A program made the translations under genes and the position numbers. From Phoronis australis (Eukaryota > Animalia > Phoronida): DNA of 64,000 bases. The notes below the pieces were generated by a model that saw only the letters and a list, made by a program, of their open reading frames with translations, did not search any database and had not been told where the DNA came from. The stretch spans positions 62,001 to 126,000 of the forward strand of contig NMRA01000665.1 of the NCBI GenBank assembly GCA_002633005.1, in the 5' to 3' direction. Shown here piece by piece: positions 54,209-64,000 of this stretch (position 1 is its first letter; each line of letters starts with the position of its first letter).

Positions 54209-54910
54209 TTACGATTGACACCAGTAAAGAATAAAAAAGATTGGCTTATGTCATCAAAACAGAGTTTAGTATCCTTTTAAGGAAAACATATTGGACAGCA
54301 GCACGCTATCATAAATACACTAGGCTGCTGCAGCAATAACTAATTCCCAAATTACCACAATACCACTTATGCAATTAAACAGTGTAGCAAATCAGCAAGG
54401 CACTTGTCATTTACTCTTTAGTTCAGCTGCCGATCAATAGGTGGAGCTGGAAGTTGGATACATATCCGGTGTGAGCCACGTGTTTGAGGCAACAGCTAGA
54501 GGAAGTGATTTGGACAGCGGACCGTTTCCCTTGAAACTCTTCATGGCGCTTTCGACTGCCAGCTGTTGTCAGTATTGCTAAGGAGGTTTCTGAACTCAGC
54601 GGACTGCTCTGTATGTGATTATCAATAAAGCCTGAGCCCCACCCGCCAGCTCTCGTCAGCGACGTTGTGTTATAGTCAGGACTCTGAACTTACTCAATTC
54701 CTCACCCACCGGCTTGTAACATTATTTTCTTGTTGTTTAGATTATTATAAGTTTGTTGCTTTGTTACTTCTTTTTTGAAAACAATATGTTTCTACTACAC
54801 TGTGGTATGTAACACACCTTTTTCATTAACCGTTCACTGTTTGATACACATTCCATATTGATCAAAGCTTTCCATCAAAAGTTAAGTTCATAATTTGTCA
54901 TTTTAATGTT

Positions 54911-55414
54911 CAGGGCTTGGAATGACCAATGGCGAAAAACGCGGAAATTTTTACGGCCCGAAACATGCGCGCAGCCAGCCTTGAAAAAGTCGGTGTCGAC
55001 CTTTTGCCGACAAAAATCGAGAGGACTACAAAAAACGGTACCACCTCCGGAAGCGTGCGTCTGCTTCTGTGTTAACTGTTAACTCGGTCGCCACTCCCGC
55101 TTCCAAACATTTTTGGCTGCAGAGTTGTAGTATTCGTCACCGCGGTTTACAATCACATGAGCCGCCATTGAGGAAATCCACCACGCTATCCCAGATGCCC
55201 TGGCAATGTTGACAGTTTACGTTCCTCCGAAACATAAAGAGCAACTTCCGCTTTTCGAGGTGAAAGTCGTTGGCAACGCGGCAGTAAGAAAGAAATTTGC
55301 CGCGGAAATTTTATATCAAATCCGATTTTTTTACGCGGAAATATAATAAAATACGCGGACAGAACATTTGAAAAAAGCGGAAATCCGCGTTTCCGTGGAA
55401 AATTCCAAGCCCTG
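54911..55414 (+). mobile_element. Intact hAT-like MITE with 13-bp TIR and 6-bp TSD
   Basis: CAGGGCTTGGAAT...ATTCCAAGCCCTG flanked by AATGTT on both sides. Confidence 0.8.
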
Positions 55415-56877
55415 AATGTTAAACAAATTTTACTGACATGAAACTGGATTGAGCACATCTGAATCTGACCAAACTCAATAACTGAACAAACCGAACAAAA
55501 CATCACTTGTCAGTGACGTAAAACCTACACTGATGACAATCTCTCTTTATTTTAGGGAACATAGAAGTAATAAGAATTTTAATCTAAGACCGCAGAACAA
55601 CTTAAAAGCAAACAGATTTCTTTTAATTTTGTTTGGCTAGCTGATTTCCATTTCTTAGATGCATCTCCAATAAGCTACACAGATTTTGACAAATGCGGAC
55701 TACGCCCTTTCCAAAAGCCCAAGATGAGACTGGGGAGGGGGGAACTTCATACAGCCAGAAATTGAAATTTACTACAGCGCTTGACCAAAATTTTGCCAGG
55801 AGTCCTCCATGAGACAAAAATGGAAACATATTATTAACACTGTAAAAGTCAAGGGAGAAAACTACAAGATTTACCGACAGCCTACTGCAAAGAGTATAAA
55901 TTATGCTACGACTTTTCATTGCCAAAATTAAGATTGTGGTGAGTGTCACTTCACCATAGGATTTCCCAAGAGATTAAGTGAGGATCAAGAGTATTCAGAG
56001 GTTGCTCATCCAACTTCTTGCGATTTTTCAAAAAATTGTCCACGTCCCTAATGTACTGAGAAAATGGATCCATGTACAGTCTATGGTGTAATAACACTGG
56101 AGTAACCAATCACCTTCTTGTCTTGCAACAGAATCTGCAGTCTGCTGGTGAGAATTTAGCTCACAAACGACAAGAATTATTATTGTGTTATTTGACAACA
56201 CAGCGTTTCTCCATGTACTGCTTTGGGCTTCATGGTCTCAGGTTATGTACGATGTTATTGATAAGTTTGTGTTTTTACCTAAATAACCACAAAACTATAG
56301 ATTTTAGCCCGGTAAAAGTATATATTTTCTGAAAGCAGAGACATTGCATAATTTAATTTTTGACTATTTATCAATCAGAAACTGAGACACATGACCATGC
56401 CTTTTTATTTAAATTTAGCAAAAAAGTAACTATTGTATATTGATACTGTACAGAACAATGGTATTAATAACATGTCCAAATTTTGAAATCTCAAAAACAC
56501 TTTGTTTTCATTTTATGTAACTTTTGAGTCTTTTATAAAAATAGTAAAAGTCCTATTTTTGATAGGCCCTCATTCAAAAGTGGAAAATTTCAAAAAAGTC
56601 CCGATTGCATTTTGGAGAACAATGCATAAAAAGCATGGTTTCAAGGATTCCTGTGAATTCAGTCAGCCATTTCAGAGATATAATATTCCAAAATTTGCCA
56701 ATTTTTCCCATTTTTCGAGGAACCTAAACAACACTTACTAATAATCTCTCTGAAAGGGTTAGAGTTATGATATTAGCCTACAAAACAGTAATGTTTGTAG
56801 AACAAACCCCTACAAATGGGAAACTCATTCAAGGAAGCTGCATACAAATGCATCCAACTCATTCGTTTATATGCAAC

Positions 56878-57298
56878 CAGGCCTTTATGCAGCGTAGGTG
56901 CTGGGCCTCTAAATGGACGCCCTAGAATTAGTATGGATGCCCTGGCAAGGATGCCCAATGTATCATTTGGACGCCCACTATAAATAGGAACCTTTCAAGT
57001 TTGGACACACACATTGTAATGATTACTAGGAAGCCTAAAGAGACTCACAGTGGTGGCTCTTTTTTCAAAGCAGGAAGAAATATACAATGTATATACAAAG
57101 TATATACAATGTTGCTATGCTCACACTAATGGTTGATAGCACTGTAAAAACCTTGGTCTATGCAATTTTTGGTTAAAAATCTGTGTGTTTGGGGGGATTG
57201 TTGGGGGTGGGGGGTTCCGCGTCGGAATCATGGACGCCCTGGAATATTGGGAACCCCATTTTGGACACCCTATTTTCGAAATCCTGGATAAAGGCCTG
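56878..57298. mobile_element. hAT-type MITE with 8-bp TSD
   Basis: TIR CAGGCCTTTAT(G/C)CAG matches 14/15; TATGCAAC duplicated at 56870-56877 and 57299-57306. Confidence 0.85.
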
Positions 57299-59102
57299 TA
57301 TGCAACACATATTATAAACACAAACCATATGTAAATATTTAAACACACCGGTGTAAATATCAATTTGCATCGCCTTCATATGAGGGGAAAGAAAAGCAAC
57401 ATTTGTGGCTAGTACTCGAAACATTTCCATGGGAAGGCATGGCATGAGCAAATTTTGAAGAAGGCTTCTGGAAAAACTACCTTGAAACTGTTTTTTCCCC
57501 GACTGCTAATTTATCTATTGCAGTGTTGCACTTAGGAATATCGCTCCAACAATAAGTATGGATTAAGAAAAATTAATGGATTGACAGAACACAGTAAATA
57601 AAAAATTGGAAGACAAAAGACAGTTTGATTGTCAAGTGGTAGATTTCTCTTCTATACAGGTAGCGTTTCGTCAAGAATTGCTCAAATATGTTTGATGAAA
57701 AAGACAACACAACTTCAGAAACCCACTGGAGCAAGGCCATACATGGAAATATTAAGACTTCTTTTAATTTGTGCACACAAAATGCTCATGTGAAATTAGC
57801 ATAGTCATAGCCAATTACTTGCTACCATACTAGGTAAGATTTCCACAAGGCAATCATTTGAATAATACAATTGGCGACAGAAGAAGCTTGGGATTCCCCA
57901 ATTACGCAGGCGGTAATGATATAAGTAACTGATCAATTATCGTGGTTGAAGAATTGTTCATGGCTTGTTATTTAAGCTAAAATGGCTCCCTTATTCGATT
58001 ATTCTTTATGTAAAGTGCGGCTACCATTATTGCTGCTGCCTGGTTGTGTTAATATGAACTGGTTTTAGAAATTTCAGCATTCAACAGACAGTCTTTTGCA
58101 TGGAGAACAGAATGGCTAGCTGCTTTGTCCTGGAAAAGAAAGTAATGAAACTGAGTATTCTCCACAACCTGTTTTGACTTGTCATGCAAGTTTGAATTTT
58201 GTCATGATGACTGCTTTATTTGCGTTGAGTTTGAAAACCTGTATTTTCAATGAGTTTGGTGTATTGGGAGAATAGTAGTTTCATTAATGTAAGTATAGAA
58301 CCAACAGCAGCTTTACACCCGGATGTAATACTGTTTGCATGACAAAAACTACATAGAGAACTTTTACCCTGAGGGTAAGGAGAGTATCCCAATTCTCCAG
58401 AAACACAGACATCAAAAACAGACCTAGGCGCAAAGCTGGGGAACTATGCTGCACCAAATGTATTGCAGGATAAGGGCACAGGCACAAGAATATATAATCA
58501 GTGAGATGGCCAGTGAGCACTGCGAGGACATCATTTGGTAGACACCAGCATTAACGAAATGGAAATCCCTATGACAGAACACACGTACAAAGCCATGCTA
58601 TACCTGGATATTACTACATCACTAGCTCACAAAAAATTTAATATTAAATTAACCAAAGGCAAAATGAGCAGTATCGCACACCAATACAAACAGTTTCTAC
58701 TGTGCTGTGCTCTAAATTAAGATAAGGAATTCACAGGTGAAAAAAGACCCAACTTTTAATTAGCAGATGCACTCCATTAAATGCATAGGCAATTCTCTCT
58801 ACATTCCAATTATTCTCTCAAATAACAACGGGTACATCACAGTCAAGGTCCATATTTGGTGTCCACTTTTGATGAAAAATGAAGGATGTCAAAAACTACA
58901 CTGCGATATTTTAAAGTACCATCATTCTAGGTTTGTAATCTAAAATATTTTTGAACAAGAACCACACGAATAAAATCTTCTGGCCTGATGCATCCCAGTA
59001 GTATAAAAGGGTACATACACTACAACTTGCGATCACAACCCACTTCCATCATGCAAAGAATCATAAGGTGGACACTAATATATTAATATATTGGTTAAAT
59101 AG

Positions 59103-60191
59103 AACAAGAGCAACGCGGAGCGTTGAAATGCGCCCACAATTGCACCGCATACGGTATCCTTCTAGGGTTGTTTATTGGTACCATAAAGTGGCCAGTAGAG
59201 GGCATACTTTGCAAAATGGAAAGGCATGGTCATTGTCTCCTCAATAGGCTAGGGGCAAAATGTGAGTAATCTTCATAATACAAGCACATCCTATACACCA
59301 GTTGCTTAAAGCACCACAGAAACATAGAATTAAAAACAAATTTACCAACATACGAGATTAGCACAGCATTAGAATGCCAGAAACAAATTTCTACTTGGAA
59401 CTTTTCCTTCACAGTCACGAAGTAACACAAAGTATACACCTAAAGACCTATGAAAATACAGAGGTCAATGTAAAATACTAAAATTGCCACTAGAGGCAAA
59501 TACTAAAATTGCCACTAGAGGCATACCGGTAATCAGAATCATCCTAAAGTCGTCATCGTCCGTTGTCAACATCACATAAATACACTTGCTAAATTTAGTA
59601 AAGATCCTGCAAACGGTTTGGGAGATACAGCCATGGGCGCAAAAAAACAAAACTGCCACTAGGAGGCGCCACAGTAGTCCAAATCGTCTGAAAATCATTG
59701 TCAGCTGTCTTCCTTATAGTAAGCACATACACGCCAATTTTCACAATCATCCTTTGAGCGGTTTGGTTGATAGAGGGGTGGACGCAAAAAAACAGACTCG
59801 AAAACAGTAAAAATGGCCACTAGGTGGCGCAAACTATGTCGAATCCATCCGAAAACGGCAGGATAGCGTCATCTCACTACTAGGTGCCTACATACCAAAT
59901 TTCATGAAAATCCGTTCAGGACTTTTGAAGATACAAAGGTAAGCGTAAAAAACTAAAATTGCCACTAGGGGGCACACCGGTAGTCGGATCCGTCCGAAAG
60001 TTCGCACATGCCGTCCCATTCATGAATGGAACATATGTGCCAAATTTCATGAACATATGTCAAAGGGTTTTGGAGATAGAGCAGCGGACGCCGGACGCTA
60101 GACGCCGGACGGACGCCGCCCGGACGGACGGACGGACGGACGGAGATGACGGCATAATGCGTCCACATATAAATATGTGGGCGCATAAAAA
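59103..60191 (+). mobile_element. pearl/DINE-1-like non-autonomous Helentron-type element (HINE)
   Basis: AACAAGAG start, hairpin CAACGC-GGA-GCGTTG, subterminal inverted repeat ATGCGCCCACA/TGTGGGCGCAT, ~150-bp core repeats marked by AAAAYTGCCACTAG, (GGAC)n tract and terminal hairpin. Confidence 0.75.
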
Positions 60192-63100
60192 GCAGGATAT
60201 ACTAAGTAAAAACCTATTACCAAGGTAATCAAGTTGTTCTAGATGATGAAGCTTTACATATCTTAAAAAAAGATAGAAATTTTTTTCTTGCAATTATGAT
60301 GCTTACAAAAAATAAAACGACAAGTAACTATTTTTTCTAAAAAACTTTATTGGTGCCATTTGCATAGTTTTCAGTAAATTCACCATTTGGTCAAAATAGT
60401 GAAAGCAATGCTAGGCCCAGTGTTCAACTTGTTAACAGTAAAAATGTGGTACTGGTGGGGGTACGTACACTACATAATTACTAATGACGTATAGTCAATT
60501 AACATCAAATTTTGAGTAACTTAGAAATGTCTTGGATCAGATCTCGAGGTTTGTGTTTTTAATATTTTTTGGTTTGCTGCAAGTTGTCTTGACAGACTGA
60601 ACATCTGCATTTAGTAACATCAGTTGTCACCAGGTGTCTTACGGAATGTAACTGTGTGTCACTCTATTGCCCACACATTTGATAATGTCCCTTGTTAAAT
60701 GTCAAAGTGGGAGCATTTAAGATAAACAAGTGTTGTTCATGAGAATAGCAGCATGTAAAAATACTTGTAGGCAATATTTTATAGCATACAAGTTGAAGGT
60801 AAACACACTTATCTACATTTCAATGACTTGTTAGGTTTATAACCAAATACTTAGAATCTACTGAGAGTTAGTACATTTACCAAATGTATTAAAAAGAGAA
60901 CAAATGGATATCTATCATTCATTGAATACATGCACATGTTGATATATAGGGGTACGTACACTACACAAATGCTAATATTTCACTCAAAACCAAAGTATTT
61001 GTAGCTAGCACCTTTCTGACTTAATGTTTTGAGGGAGGAAACTGTTACCAATGCTGCTTACTTACCAAGTAATATTTTAATGACCTGGTACTTGTTAATG
61101 TCAGGGTACCTACACTACAAAAGGGGTGTGTACAATGCATCATTGTTTCTTCCATTTCTCAATGATTAAGTACAACTTTATCTAAGTGATTCTGAAAGTG
61201 ATTCGAGTTATTCCTTGTAATATCAGAAAAGTTGCTTACTTTATAAAATAAGTTTATACTGGTGACACTTGTAAATTGGAATTTATAAAATGGACATTCG
61301 TAACGACAAAAAATACATAATTTTCTCACACACAATTCAATTTTGATAATTCTGTTGTCACTTTGCATATTAATTAAATAACATTTGCATATGTGATACA
61401 GTCACCCTTCAGCACGTGACCAGAAATTTTTAGTTTAGCCCATAACACAGTCGACTCTCGAATATGGACCTTGATTGTGACTTACCCACAACTATACTTT
61501 TAAGACCAATCAAAATTATTGCTGGATTTTATCCAGTCCCGTCTACGGCAAGTTCATTGCCGGTGAAAATGTAAAACTAACATCAACAGAACAGTGGTAA
61601 TTTTAGGAACAGTCCCTCGCATCGACCCGTAAAAATATCACTGATGTATAGAAAATATCATTGATGCACTGTGATTGCTTAAGGTTATCTTAAAACCTAA
61701 ATAAGTGACCTCAATTCTAACTTGTGTCAAAAAAGCTATGTCAGAAAATGCAGATCCCAACCGTAGATTTAAGTTTACTAGTTAAACTGAAATGTAGTAA
61801 GCCATTCATACTAATCACTATTCATACTAATCACTAATTGCACAATATACATATTGATATACCAGATGAAATAACTATACATAAATGCAACCCCCTGAAT
61901 CGAAAAAGGGCAGAGATTCGACCAATGTGACCCATGGGCAAATAGACTTGAGGCCACGTAGGTCAATTGATGTGTAGCCACGTTTTTCTGAAATGATCCA
62001 TGAGAGAATAGTGTAAATTTAGATGGAAGTGAAGTTTGGTAGAGCAAAATATGCACAAATAAAATCATTTTCAGAGATTCAAACTAATGGAGGTTAATTC
62101 ACTGTTGTGTTGGAACTACGTAATTTCCTAGCAGTTTAAGACTGAGTGGCATATCTCCAGCACGTAAATTCTGTGATGAAAGCCCAGAATCATTGTTACA
62201 TTATTTTACATGGTAATTGCCCTTTTACAAGATCACTTCGGAGTACTATTGGTGGTTGGAGCTTCCCAGAAAATCCACAGGTGATACTAGACTGGAACAA
62301 GCAAAGAGTTACACATTTAATCTCAATATGGGCAACATACATGCAAACAGTGTCTTGGAGATGCATGGCCACTGATTGAAATGACAAAGAAATACTCAAC
62401 TGACATGAAAAAGGTCAAAAATATACTTTAAATATTTCAGACTTTTCAACTATTGAAAGTGAATTTCTCAGAAAGCTGTCTACTTAGGGTTGAACGAGAA
62501 GTTAGAAATTCTGTCTTACCTGAAGCCAACTGCAAAACCACCCACAGGTGCCTCAATTCAGCGGATTCTTCTCACTGGTCCATGTAGGATTACATTTCAT
62601 GTTGGCCATAAATTCAAACAACACCGCCGGCATAGAGAACGAAGTTCCAATTAATAGTGTCTAGTAACTTCTTGTCCTGAAGAGCCAAGCCCAACAAGCT
62701 TTTGACATTTGCTTTCTGCACTCGGGCACTACAAGTGAGCACATAAGACAGATGTCGGCTTCTTCGTCTTCTTCTTCCAAATATTATCAAACTTCAACTT
62801 GCTGAAGGCACAGACGGAAAAAGGCTATTCCAGCAACCTTGTGAGACTCAAGCATCTTCAGAACTTTTGTTTGAACTTTGCTAGTTTACCTCCTCTAGAG
62901 AGGTCATGCCGTGCTTGAAGTGAACAAAATGCAAGGTCCAGTTTCCCATACCCCACTCACAGGATCACCTTCAGACAGAGCATTGCCAATACCCTTTATG
63001 TTTACCATGCAATAAGCCTACTAGTACATAATCTAGTAGAAATAATTACAGGCACACTTAAGTTTTTAACAAAGATTTAAATGCTCAATAGGGAACTTTT

Positions 63101-64000
63101 ATATTGGCACTCTCTAGAGAAATGAGAGCACAAAAATGATGCCGACTCAGATTTGGTGGACAGAACTTCAATTAGGCCTACTACACAATGTTTCATTAAT
63201 TTAAAAGCAAAGAAATAAATTCCGATGTCAACCCCTTCCATTTTTTATTAGTTTAAGTTCACTGCTTTATTTCAATTTTTAAAACCTTCTGGGATCGAAA
63301 TTCACTCGCTTTATCAGTTGCAGACACTGATTTTGTTGAGGATTCTTCTTTGAACTGGGAAATGTATGGAATACAATACCCTTGTTCATTCATTGATATT
63401 TCAAAAGTTTTGCCTATAAGTCATTAGTACATTCCACTGCACAGCACTGGAAATTTGCCGACATTGTAATAGAAGGAAAGGTGTCAAAATGCTGTTTTTT
63501 CCAGTAGGGTGAAACCTACCAGCCACATTACATAGGATTTGTAGGTGGCGCTGAATGCCTGTCCACCATAGACGTGATCGCCGTCTGGCGAGTTAGTGAA
63601 TTTCAATAGGGCGTGGCTATGTATTTCAAAAGTCAGCTATTAACTTGTGCAGGTCCTTATGAATAGGCTTGAGTTGCTGCTTGGCTGCAGCATACCTTGT
63701 TGACCCAGAATTTCTTTGATGTCCTGAGAGACAAAAACACCTCGCCTAGTCTATGTACTCTCGAGTTCCGAATAGCCGTATCTATACGATTATTTTTTTC
63801 AGACTCGTTCCGGTCTATACGACGCTTATTCGGGTCTCTACGTTTATGAATTTTCTAACCTTTTTCCGCTCTCCATGATTATTTGATTCAGCAAGTTCAC
63901 AATTTTTGTTTCATTCAATCCAAATTTGTCACACAAAAACTTTGCTACAGATACGGACCGTGGCGATAACGCGGCCAGTCAACGAAGCGCAAATACCCGT

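Noticed and set aside
61530-61580. Minus-strand FYIFTGNE resembling DPP7 FFYTGNEG
   Set aside because: Stop codon 8 codons later, no downstream AEH motif and no fitting splice sites.
63650-63723. Minus-strand acceptor followed by KKFWVNK, resembling the start of DPP7 exon 3
   Set aside because: No GPIFFYTGNEG follows and all three frames stop soon after.

Overview
AT-rich, intron-rich animal genomic DNA (repeat types suggest a marine invertebrate; this is inference). All exon calls were made by hand from splice sites and codon phase. Three protein-coding loci: (1) the 3' part of a + strand RNA-binding protein gene (two RRMs, a Q/G/N-rich region and an RGG tail; 6 phase-compatible exons, 496-11763); (2) a convergent - strand S28-family peptidase matching DPP7/DPP-II, with 10 exons at 29828-14841 and an intact Ser-Asp-His triad, whose first ~3 exons I could not find in the window; (3) an uninterrupted 338-aa class A orphan GPCR CDS (36178-35162, - strand) with DNY in place of DRY and KFFVY in place of NPxxY, possibly nested in a large DPP7 intron. 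The remainder is non-autonomous DNA transposons (Kolobok-, hAT-, Sola- and Helentron/pearl-like), minisatellites and one probable assembly duplication around an N. Most unusual: a 32-bp minisatellite built from a DPP7 3' splice site, the motif-rewired GPCR, and a possible alternative acidic last exon for the RRM protein.
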